Under the pieces are notes generated by a model, which saw only the letters and a program-made list of their open reading frames with translations, had not been told where the DNA came from and ran no database searches. A stretch of DNA of 64,000 nt from an uncultured archaeon (GTDB lineage: Archaea; Thermoplasmatota; Penumbrarchaeia; JASLWR01), in NCBI GenBank assembly GCA_964430885.1, contig CAYSHM010000009.1, forward strand, positions 1 through 64,000. Reading direction: 5' to 3'. This document shows, piece by piece, positions 39,484 to 48,159 of this stretch; the first letter of the stretch is position 1, and each line of letters starts with the position of its first letter. Made by a program: the position numbers and the translations under genes.

Positions 39484-39819
39484 TTGATGGTGCAGGGAGA
39501 ACTAAAAAGGATAAAAAAGGCGGAAATAAAGGCAGAGGATAGGGTGGATGGTCTCAGAAAAAAGATCGAGATGGAGTTACCTGAATTAAAGGCCAAGTTG
39601 GTCAAGGATAAGGAATTGGAACTGGATGAAAAACGCAGGGAGCTGATATCGCGCAACAGGATCAAGAAGAGGTCCATTGACCGTATGGCCGAGGATATTA
39701 TCTCTTCCGGCAAGTCCGATTCAAAAAGGATTCAGGATAGAGTTCATAGAAATGTGGATGAGGTTAGCGAGTGGGTTTTCAGAAAACTGCTTTCCGACCT
39801 GGAAGATAATTCAGACTGA
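39484..39819 (+). CDS. atpH: A-type ATP synthase subunit H (G/H stator)
   Basis: Charged helical 111 aa (L.RIKKAE..AE); first gene before subunit I. Confidence 0.7.
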   Translation: MMVQGELKRIKKAEIKAEDRVDGLRKKIEMELPELKAKLVKDKELELDEKRRELISRNRIKKRSIDRMAEDIISSGKSDSKRIQDRVHRNVDEVSEWVFRKLLSDLEDNSD

Positions 39820-39892
39820 TTATTCCCTATAATATTTGGATCACTGAAATCAAACATACGGAGTTCAAAGTGAAAATGCGAGGAGTGGTAAA

Positions 39893-41914
39893 ATGCTTTT
39901 TCCCCGAAAGATGCTCAAAGCCAATATCATTGTTCATAAGAGCATTCTCTCTGGAGTGTTGGACTCTCTGGAGAAAACAGGGATAATGCAGATAGACCCC
40001 CTCGAGACTAATCTAGATGAAAAGACAAACAATGTTCTCAGGTCAATGGACCATCCTTTGGAATTAAAGGATCTGGCAGAGATGGAGATACGCCTGGAAC
40101 GCTTATGTGATATATTCAACTGTTATTTCCCGGAAAAGACCAGTATGATGGATGATATAAGATCAGCCTCGAAACCCCTTAAAAGAATTGAACCTTTTGA
40201 ATTCCATGATCTGATTTCCAGAACCCAGCGTCACCTATCAGTTTGGGAGGATAAGGTTCTAGCCCTGAACCAAGGGTACCTGGAATGCACGGAGGAATTG
40301 AAGACTCTAGCCGAGCGTAAAAAACAGCTTGAACTGCTACTCCCAGTTGATATTTCCCTTGATCTATTGGCCGAGGGCCCTTATACTTTTGTAAAGGTTG
40401 GAACCACACCTGATCCCTCTCATCTATATGAATCCATGAAGAATATAGCACTGGCCATCGTTAAGGTTTATCCAACCGGTCTTCCTGATACTCCCCATGT
40501 TGCAGTAGTTGCGGGTCTTCATGAAGTAATGGATGAGACAGTATCAGCACTGAGAGGGAAATTGTTCAACGAGCTTCAATTGAGGGATAATTCAGGTAGC
40601 CCGTCTCAATTAATAAAGGAAATTGAACGGTCTGAACTATCAGCCCATGCCTCCAGGGATGAGGCGTTGGAGGAGTTAAAGGGAATTCGCAACAAATACC
40701 TTAAAAAAACCCTTATCATGCTGGAATTGATCTCAGTTGAGAGAATGAAATTTGAAATGCATTCCAGTTTTGGAAAGACTGAACATACCATAGTGATATC
40801 CGGGTGGGTCGAGGAAAGGAAGCGCTCCGCATTGGAACGGATGCTCTCAAAATACAGGGAATTGTTCTTGGATCTTCAGGAACCTGACCTTAAGAAGGAT
40901 AATCCACCTTCCTCACTTGCACATTCTAAATATATCCGACCCTTCGAATCGCTGGTTACGGCATTCTCGCCTCCCAAATACAACGATCTTGATCCCACAC
41001 CTTTTGTAGGGATGCTTTTCATTCTTTTTGCAGGTCTTATGCTGGGCGATGCAGGATACGGAGCTATGATACTTATAGCATCTTTTTGGCTTGGCAGCAA
41101 GGTCAAAAAAGGATTCATGGCCGATATGGCCTATATGGGGAAGCTCTTCGGATCTGTGACCCTGTTGATGGGCCTTTTCACCGGTTCGGTATTCGGTGAT
41201 CTGATTCCCCGGTTATTCTACGGGGATCCTTTGAAACCGCTCTATACAATACCGGGTCTGGATTTCCTGCCCTACGATGCCCTTAGGAATCCCATGCCTC
41301 TTTTCCTATTCTCCCTGGGTGTGGGTATGGTAGCTATATACATGTCGGTTATTGTATCCTTTGTTACCCATGTGAAACAGGGTGATTATAGAAAGATGCT
41401 TTTCGAGGACATTGCCCTGCTGATGATGATACCCTCCCTTTCAGCACTTGCTGCTCAGCTCGTGGGAATGACCACGCTGCCTGACCTCATATTTCATCTG
41501 TCAGCAGCAGCCTTAATTTCCTCCATATTACTATTGGTTATAGCAAACAAGAGCATGCCCCTCTTAGCCCTTTTTGAGATAACCGGGTTTATAGGTGACC
41601 TCCTGTCATTTGCTAGGATCCTAGCCCTTGGACTGGCCACTGTGGCTTTGGCCATGACCTGGAACATAATGGCTGAACTTCTATTGCCTGATTGGGCGAA
41701 CATTGGTATGGGGATAATAAGAATAATACTGGTAATAGTGCTTCTTATAGCGCTGAACCTATTCAATTTTGCATTCCAAGCTTTGGGTGCATGCATCCAT
41801 TCATTAAGGCTCCAGTATATTGAGTTCTTCAACCGCTGTTATACAGGGGGCGGGAGGTTTTTCCAGCCCTTCAAGGCAGTGCGGATGTATACCACTCTAG
41901 AAAAGGATGAATAA
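39893..41914 (+). CDS. atpI: A/V-type ATP synthase subunit I (a)
   Basis: GWV, PP, P.Y...DPT, GLMLGDAGYG, LSFARILALGLA, IHSLRLQYIEFF...YTGGG. Confidence 0.95.
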   Translation: MLFPRKMLKANIIVHKSILSGVLDSLEKTGIMQIDPLETNLDEKTNNVLRSMDHPLELKDLAEMEIRLERLCDIFNCYFPEKTSMMDDIRSASKPLKRIEPFEFHDLISRTQRHLSVWEDKVLALNQGYLECTEELKTLAERKKQLELLLPVDISLDLLAEGPYTFVKVGTTPDPSHLYESMKNIALAIVKVYPTGLPDTPHVAVVAGLHEVMDETVSALRGKLFNELQLRDNSGSPSQLIKEIERSELSAHASRDEALEELKGIRNKYLKKTLIMLELISVERMKFEMHSSFGKTEHTIVISGWVEERKRSALERMLSKYRELFLDLQEPDLKKDNPPSSLAHSKYIRPFESLVTAFSPPKYNDLDPTPFVGMLFILFAGLMLGDAGYGAMILIASFWLGSKVKKGFMADMAYMGKLFGSVTLLMGLFTGSVFGDLIPRLFYGDPLKPLYTIPGLDFLPYDALRNPMPLFLFSLGVGMVAIYMSVIVSFVTHVKQGDYRKMLFEDIALLMMIPSLSALAAQLVGMTTLPDLIFHLSAAALISSILLLVIANKSMPLLALFEITGFIGDLLSFARILALGLATVALAMTWNIMAELLLPDWANIGMGIIRIILVIVLLIALNLFNFAFQALGACIHSLRLQYIEFFNRCYTGGGRFFQPFKAVRMYTTLEKDE

Positions 41915-41960
41915 CAAATATTGTAAGATACAGGTCAAACATTATAAAAATCGAGGTGAA

Positions 41961-42728
41961 ATGATGAAGAAATGGATGAGAAAATATCTCTTGGGTGCAT
42001 GCATGGTCGCTCTGGTATTCCTGCTTTTTTCAGGCTCGGCTATTGGAGAAGTGGATGCCGACGGAGATGGAATGGACGATGAATGGGAATCCAGTATAAT
42101 AAGGGCGAACGGATTGAACATGACCGTTGCCCAGTTCAGCAAGGATGCGGACCCGGATAATGACGGCGCTACCAATATCGAGGAGTACGAGAAAAGGACC
42201 GATCCCTATGATGGAACGGACTATCTGAAATCCACAAATTACGCTGCCAACGAGAAGGTCAATATTCTGATACTTCTGGGTGCTGCCTTATGTATTGGCA
42301 TACCCGGAATCCTTTCAGCCTTTGGTCTATATATCGCAGGAGTGTCTGCGGTAGGGATGACCACGGAACATACGGACAGGTTCGGAAAGGGGCTTATACT
42401 GCAGGCTCTTCCAATGACCCAGGGTGTTTACGGTCTGGTTTTCGCCATATTCATACTAATGGGTGCCGGTTTCATAGGAACACCTGATTCCAATCTGCTG
42501 GCCAATGTAAATGTAGGATGGGGCGCAGTTATGATCGGTGTTACAATATCCCTTACGGCAGTATCTGCCATACCCCAGGGATTGGTTGCTGGTGCAAGCG
42601 CCAGCGGAGTAGGCCGTAATCCTGATGTGTTCGGAAAGAGCGTGGTTTATTCAGTAATGCCGGAAACCATGGCAGTGTTCGGTTTCCTTATTGCACTTTT
42701 CATGACCATGGGTGTTGGACTGCTTTAG
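41961..42728 (+). CDS. atpK: A/V-type ATP synthase subunit K (c), 4-TM Na+-type, with N-terminal signal peptide and Ca-binding repeat
   Basis: LPMTQGVYG, SAIPQG, MPETMAVFG; GAGGTG before ATG 41961; N-terminal DADGDGMDDEWE...DPDNDGATNIEEY..TDP. Confidence 0.9.
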   Translation: MMKKWMRKYLLGACMVALVFLLFSGSAIGEVDADGDGMDDEWESSIIRANGLNMTVAQFSKDADPDNDGATNIEEYEKRTDPYDGTDYLKSTNYAANEKVNILILLGAALCIGIPGILSAFGLYIAGVSAVGMTTEHTDRFGKGLILQALPMTQGVYGLVFAIFILMGAGFIGTPDSNLLANVNVGWGAVMIGVTISLTAVSAIPQGLVAGASASGVGRNPDVFGKSVVYSVMPETMAVFGFLIALFMTMGVGLL

Positions 42729-42733
42729 TGGAT

Positions 42734-42817
42734 CAAAGGAATCCCTTCCGGAATATCATTTCAAAGCTGCCAAAAGTTCCTGCCAGGCCTTTGGAATGAA
42801 TCCCAGAGGTTCCTTTG
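42734..42817 (+). other. Long imperfect stem-loop in the atpK-atpE spacer
   Basis: CAAAGGAATC pairs with GGTTCCTTTG and TCATTTCAAAG pairs with CTTTGGAATGA, each with one G-U pair. Confidence 0.6.
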
Positions 42818-42898
42818 GCTAGCAGATAATCCATTGGTAGTCAATGAGCATGGTAAACCGAAATGAGATTATATAAATCCAACAATATGGGTGGTAAA

Positions 42899-43474
42899 AT
42901 GTCGCTTGAGAATATAATTGAGAAGATCAATAGCAAGAGGGACGAGGAAATCAGAGAACTGAAGAATAAAAGAGAGAGAGAGATTTCAGTTTTTTCAGAG
43001 GAGTTGGAGGAAAAGGCGGAAAAAGACTTGATGAATCTGATTCAGGAATATGATGGAGATATAGAGATATTTAAGAACCTCAGGATATCCCAGGCAAAAA
43101 GGCAGGTCAAGCAGAGTGACCTTGAAACCAAGGAGAAACTCATCAATGAAACCCTTGAAAAGGTCAGGAAGGATCTAGAAGAGTTCAAGGGACCGAGATA
43201 TGAGAGTATACTGAAAAAGCTGGTAAAGGAGGGGAAAGAGATACTGGATACCCATTGCATCCTTATCCCGTCAAGAAAGGAGGATATTCCTTTCCTTGAA
43301 TCCCTTGATGCCGGCAGCGTATCAAATGAGATAATCCATGGGTCAGGTGGATTGATAATGGTGTCTCTTGAAGGTGACCTCAAGCTTAACCGAACCTTCG
43401 ATTTCTTCATGGAGAAAAAGAGGGATGAGCTCAGGCATATGATCGCACATGAGCTCTTTAAAAATGATGTATAA
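42899..43474 (+). CDS. atpE: A-type ATP synthase subunit E
   Basis: MSLENIIEKI, long helix, GGLI....G....N.TF. Confidence 0.9.
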   Translation: MSLENIIEKINSKRDEEIRELKNKREREISVFSEELEEKAEKDLMNLIQEYDGDIEIFKNLRISQAKRQVKQSDLETKEKLINETLEKVRKDLEEFKGPRYESILKKLVKEGKEILDTHCILIPSRKEDIPFLESLDAGSVSNEIIHGSGGLIMVSLEGDLKLNRTFDFFMEKKRDELRHMIAHELFKNDV

Positions 43475-43569
43475 ATGATGTCGGATCTATTCTGGATCAA
43501 TATTGAAAGTAAAGAGGATTTATTGAATTATTTCATGGGAATAACCCGATAAAAAGAGAGTGACAGGAT

Positions 43570-44745
43570 ATGTGGATTGATACAATAGCCAGCTATGATA
43601 TGACCACCATAATACTTATAGGGGTACTTGCAGTGGTGTTTCTGGCTACCATCATTTATCTTGCCGCAAAGGTGCCTCTAGTCTGGACAATTGCCCGGTT
43701 CGGTTATTCCAATGCGATATATAATTCAAGGATAAACCGGTTTGTCCAGAAGATATATCTATTGGGTCTCCTTGAAACAGCTGACATATCCGAAGCTTCA
43801 AATTATATATCATCGGTCAACAGCAGGGATTTTCCGGTCAAATCGGCGGATTCTCCGGAAGATATCGAAAGGCTGCTAGTTGAAAAACTTCATCAGAGAT
43901 ATTCGGAAGCTGTTGCCCTCTGCCCTAAATCCCTCAAATCGGTTCTGGATGCAAATCTCATCAAGTATGAGAATCAGGCTTTGAAATCCATATTCACCTC
44001 GTATTTCAAAGCTCAGGATAAAGAGGGAGGAACCCGTGCTTCCCATTATGAAAAGGTACCGCCCATAGGGAATCTATCTGAGGGAGTTATCAAGGATATG
44101 CTTAACGCTGAAACATTGAAGGATCTAATAGATCTCATACCCCGGGAGGATATTAGAGAACAATTAAATAACCGTAAACCAGAGCATTTTCATGATGCTG
44201 AGATGATTCTCGATAATTATTACCTTAATAATCTAACTGTGAGAATTAAAAAGGCCCCTTCGCCCCTGAGAAAGGAACTGACCGATCTTCAAATGGTCAA
44301 CGTGGACCTTCATAATATGAGAGCCTTGATGAGAATGGTCAGAACCTCAGTTGACCCAAAATACCGGAAAAAGATTTATTCATTTCATCTAGGTAAGAAT
44401 CTTGGCCGGACTACAATTGACCAACTAATTAATGCAGAGGATATGGCGAATTTCATAGAGGCACTCAAGGATACCCCATACGGTCCCATGTTCAGAAGTG
44501 TTTACTCCGAATTCCAGAAGGACCGCAGAACCTCTGTATTTGAACTGGAACTTGACCGATTCTGGATAAAATATATCGAAAATTTTGCATTAAGGACCAA
44601 CACCACGGTAGGCCCCATTATCAGGTATCTTCTCGAACTCGAATATGAGGTCAGGAACATAAATTCAGTATTGAAAGGATTGGAACTTCCAGGGGGCAAG
44701 GAATTGGCTAGACAGGTAATTATCTGTTCGGAGGGTGATCTATGA
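43570..44745 (+). CDS. atpC: A-type ATP synthase subunit C, with N-terminal hydrophobic helix
   Basis: YSNA, P.G.L, D..N...R, L.DTPYG, FELELD, E.EVRNI. Confidence 0.88.
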   Translation: MWIDTIASYDMTTIILIGVLAVVFLATIIYLAAKVPLVWTIARFGYSNAIYNSRINRFVQKIYLLGLLETADISEASNYISSVNSRDFPVKSADSPEDIERLLVEKLHQRYSEAVALCPKSLKSVLDANLIKYENQALKSIFTSYFKAQDKEGGTRASHYEKVPPIGNLSEGVIKDMLNAETLKDLIDLIPREDIREQLNNRKPEHFHDAEMILDNYYLNNLTVRIKKAPSPLRKELTDLQMVNVDLHNMRALMRMVRTSVDPKYRKKIYSFHLGKNLGRTTIDQLINAEDMANFIEALKDTPYGPMFRSVYSEFQKDRRTSVFELELDRFWIKYIENFALRTNTTVGPIIRYLLELEYEVRNINSVLKGLELPGGKELARQVIICSEGDL

Positions 44746-45086
44746 ACATAGGGGTTATTGGCGATCGTCATACCGTGGAGGCTTTTCGTCTGATAGGCGT
44801 CAGCAGAGGCTGTATTTTGAGAGACCCTGGGGATGATGCAGCCGTGAAGGCATTGGGCGGTAGGTTTGATGAACTGACCAAAGAAGGAGCTGTAGCTGTA
44901 ATATTGATAACTGAAACGGCACGCAGGCTAATATCTGAAAGGATCGATTACTATTCAAAATTCAAACCTCTTTTCCCATTGATAATTTCCATCCCAGACA
45001 TATCCGGCGAGGATACCGAAGTTGATCATCTGTCCAGACTTATAGAAAGAGCAGTGGGTATCAGCCTCGAAAATGTGGATCAATAA
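44742..45086 (+). CDS. atpF: A-type ATP synthase subunit F
   Basis: IGVIGD..TV.AFRL.G, ILITE, P.I..IP, I.RAVG. Confidence 0.92.
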   Translation: MNIGVIGDRHTVEAFRLIGVSRGCILRDPGDDAAVKALGGRFDELTKEGAVAVILITETARRLISERIDYYSKFKPLFPLIISIPDISGEDTEVDHLSRLIERAVGISLENVDQ

Positions 45087-45092
45087 GGATGA

Positions 45093-46607
45093 TCAAGATC
45101 TGCTTCCTTTCAGGTATTTCACCAAGGCAATGACGATCACAAGGCACATCAATGAACTGATTATTCCTATTCTCAATATCAGTCCTCTTCCGATTTCTTG
45201 ATCGGGATTACCTATATTGTTCTCATCAGTGTTGTTATCCTCTGCTTCCAATCCCAGTTCTATCGACCTCATGTCCGTGTTCACCCAGTTTTCACCCTGG
45301 GAATTGATGCTGAATCGGTAGTATAGCTTATCCCTATCCTTCGGAATCAGAACGGTCCTTGAATATGATCTTGTTCCATTCAGGGATAGATTTACATGAG
45401 GGCCGGAATCAAACCAATATTCCAGATGTACATTGATATTCTGGGGACGATCCCCTGTTGAATTGGCGATGCCTATCCTGAATGTCAGGTTTTCTCCGTG
45501 ATCAGCTTTTATGGGGGTAAGGTCGAAAAGCGAAAGATCTAGAACAGGGTCTATAAGATCCAACATATCCATTATCACGTCAACGCTGTAATGGTCTGAA
45601 CCTGTATCAGCTGATGGAGTGTCCCCGGCAGTGGAAGATATCAGTCGGTCCTCCAGTACGGAGTTAATAATTATGAAATCTATCCTGGAAATGAAATCAG
45701 GATTCTTATGCCCGTAGGTGAATCCGTAATTATCAGGGTTTAGGTACCGGTAAACGTCAGTGAAGTAATGAACCTCAGATGAGTACTGGCCATAGTATGA
45801 ATCTCCTGGCTGAACGATCATGGTCATTGGTCCGTAACCCAAACCTTCTTCCGGTTCGGGCATATCCTCATCCTCCGGGGAGTAGCAGTTCAGATCACCC
45901 AGAAGCATAATTGGTACATCCCCCAGTCCATCCATGAAATTGATTATACCCTCCATCTCCCATTCCCTCTGCCATTCATTCCAGTATCCCGACATGGCCT
46001 TAAGATGAACACCTAAGAGATGGATCTCCATATTATTTATCTCAACAGCACAGTGCATGAAGGAGTGCATCATATCATAGGAACTTCCGTCATCCAGTTT
46101 GACCACCGATACCTGCTCGAAATAGGTTATTGGAAATCTCGAAAGAACCGCTGAACCGCCTGATGAATAATCAACGCCTTGAACACAGCGGGATTCATAG
46201 GGATCTTCCCTGTAGAAATGATCATTGAAATGTGAGGTATAGCTCTCAAGTTCCTCATTGTCATTGTTGTCCCAATCCCCCGTTTCGATACATACCAGGA
46301 TATCGGGATTCTCTTCCTTTACAACATCCTTCCAGGTGGGGTCCCATCCGCTGTCTCCGATGTTGTAGGTCATGATCTTGACCTCGTTGTCAACAACACC
46401 ATTCCGTTCTGAAACTTGGCCAGTCAAATCGATTTTTTCCTTTTTCGATAGAACAACTGAATTATTGTGATAGTTAACACCAGAATTAAAAATAAGCATG
46501 AGTATCAAAGCTGTAAACAACGAAGGCAGGATCACAGCACCTAGATTCTTCCGACCTCGTCGGTGAGATATAACCATAACATGTCTAGAGGAGCGGAAAG
46601 GCATCAT
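45093..46607 (-). CDS. Exported, membrane-anchored endonuclease/exonuclease/phosphatase (EEP) family protein
   Basis: IMTYNI, PDIL...E, LSRFPI, VHL, GDLN, RIDFI, SDH; N- and C-terminal TMs. Confidence 0.88.
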   Translation of the reverse strand: MMPFRSSRHVMVISHRRGRKNLGAVILPSLFTALILMLIFNSGVNYHNNSVVLSKKEKIDLTGQVSERNGVVDNEVKIMTYNIGDSGWDPTWKDVVKEENPDILVCIETGDWDNNDNEELESYTSHFNDHFYREDPYESRCVQGVDYSSGGSAVLSRFPITYFEQVSVVKLDDGSSYDMMHSFMHCAVEINNMEIHLLGVHLKAMSGYWNEWQREWEMEGIINFMDGLGDVPIMLLGDLNCYSPEDEDMPEPEEGLGYGPMTMIVQPGDSYYGQYSSEVHYFTDVYRYLNPDNYGFTYGHKNPDFISRIDFIIINSVLEDRLISSTAGDTPSADTGSDHYSVDVIMDMLDLIDPVLDLSLFDLTPIKADHGENLTFRIGIANSTGDRPQNINVHLEYWFDSGPHVNLSLNGTRSYSRTVLIPKDRDKLYYRFSINSQGENWVNTDMRSIELGLEAEDNNTDENNIGNPDQEIGRGLILRIGIISSLMCLVIVIALVKYLKGSRS

Positions 46608-46777
46608 ACCAATAGTTGTAGAGAGTAGGGCTTATATTTACCAGTATAGCTGCCAGTTTATCAAAAAAAACCACTTTGTGAAATTCTTCTGTCATGTGAG
46701 AGACCTAAGAAGAAAAATGAGAAATTCCTAGGAAACCATATTATATATATTTCACGTTCAGGCCCTTTGGTGATAGC

Positions 46778-48028
46778 GTGGTGGTAAACCTAGACCGACT
46801 GTACTCCGACAGGGTAAGAAACCTAAAAGCCTCTGATATCAGGGAACTTCTCAAGCTCACAGATATTCCCGGAATGATATCTTTGGCCGGAGGTCTGCCG
46901 AATCCCAAGGCCTTTCCCGTGGAGATCATCAGTGAGTGTCTGGACAAGGTTTTCAAGAATGACATTCATTCCGCCTTACAGTACGGTGCCTCGGAGGGTT
47001 ATCCCAAATTAAGAAAAGTTCTTGCCGAAAGGATGATATCCAAGAAGAAGGTCCAGTGCTGCAAAGATGATGTACTAATAACAAATGGAAGCCAGCAGGT
47101 GCTGCATCTTCTCTCCCTCATTCTCCTGAACAAGGGCGACACCTTCATAGCAGGCTCTCCGACCTACTTGGCCGCTATACAGGTCTTCCATTCCTTCGGG
47201 GCCAAATGCGAACCTATACCCGTAGAGGAGGACGGCATGGACCTTGATTCTCTGAGAAGGAATATACGCCGGCTTTACAGACTTGATATCCACCCCAAGT
47301 TCATCTACACGGTTCCTACCTTCCAGAATCCTTCAGGGGTTACCATGTCCGCCGAGAAGAGAAAGGCTCTTTTAGATCTTGCATCAGAGTACGATCTGCT
47401 TATAATCGAGGATGATCCATACGGCGAACTGAGATTTGAAGGCGATCTTGCACCGCCCATCAAATCCCTTGACAAGGTGGGGCGAGTTGTTTACATGAGC
47501 ACATTCTCCAAGATCCTCGCACCGGGATTCCGGCTTGGCTGGACCGTGGCTCACAAGGATATCCTCAACAAGCTGGTCCTTACTAAACAGGGTGCCGACC
47601 TATGCACAAACACCTTCAGCCAATACGTGGCCCACGAATACATTGCAGGAGGGTACCTTGACAAGCACATCGAGAACATCAGGGACATGTACAAACGAAA
47701 ACGGGATGTCATGCTGGAAGCTCTGGAAGAACATTTCCCCGAGGACGTCACATGGACCCGTCCCAATGGAGGGATGTTCCTGTGGGTAACACTTCCCAAG
47801 CATATCAACGCCCGTAACATGTTCAGCAAGGCCTTGAAGAAAAAGGTCGCTTTCGTTGTGGGCGACACATTTTTCCCGGACGGCAGCGGGACCAATACAA
47901 TGAGGCTTAACTTCTCATTTTCTTCAGACGAGATAATAAAGGAAGGAGTTAAGAGACTTTCTGAGGTAATCAAGGAAGAGATTGAGCAGTCCGACGAGAT
48001 GATGGAACCCTTGGCCGAAGGGGTTTAG
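46778..48028 (+). CDS. PLP-dependent aminotransferase class I (LysN/Aro8-like)
   Basis: ISLAGGLP, LQYG, GSQQ, FQNPSG, EDDPY, STFSKILAPG.RLGW, MRLNFS. Confidence 0.93.
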   Translation: MVVNLDRLYSDRVRNLKASDIRELLKLTDIPGMISLAGGLPNPKAFPVEIISECLDKVFKNDIHSALQYGASEGYPKLRKVLAERMISKKKVQCCKDDVLITNGSQQVLHLLSLILLNKGDTFIAGSPTYLAAIQVFHSFGAKCEPIPVEEDGMDLDSLRRNIRRLYRLDIHPKFIYTVPTFQNPSGVTMSAEKRKALLDLASEYDLLIIEDDPYGELRFEGDLAPPIKSLDKVGRVVYMSTFSKILAPGFRLGWTVAHKDILNKLVLTKQGADLCTNTFSQYVAHEYIAGGYLDKHIENIRDMYKRKRDVMLEALEEHFPEDVTWTRPNGGMFLWVTLPKHINARNMFSKALKKKVAFVVGDTFFPDGSGTNTMRLNFSFSSDEIIKEGVKRLSEVIKEEIEQSDEMMEPLAEGV

Positions 48029-48159
48029 GATCGGACATCTGATTTTCGGTTAGTTCTTTTTACATTACCGAATTTAGATATTCTTCATTTTTCAGGTTTC
48101 TGGCAAATTATATATACGCATACTCCAATAGTTCATTTGCTATTCGTTATTTTAGAGGT

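Noticed and set aside
43570-43690. N-terminal hydrophobic helix on ATPase subunit C as a novelty
   Set aside because: Similar extensions occur, from recollection, in other euryarchaeal C subunits.
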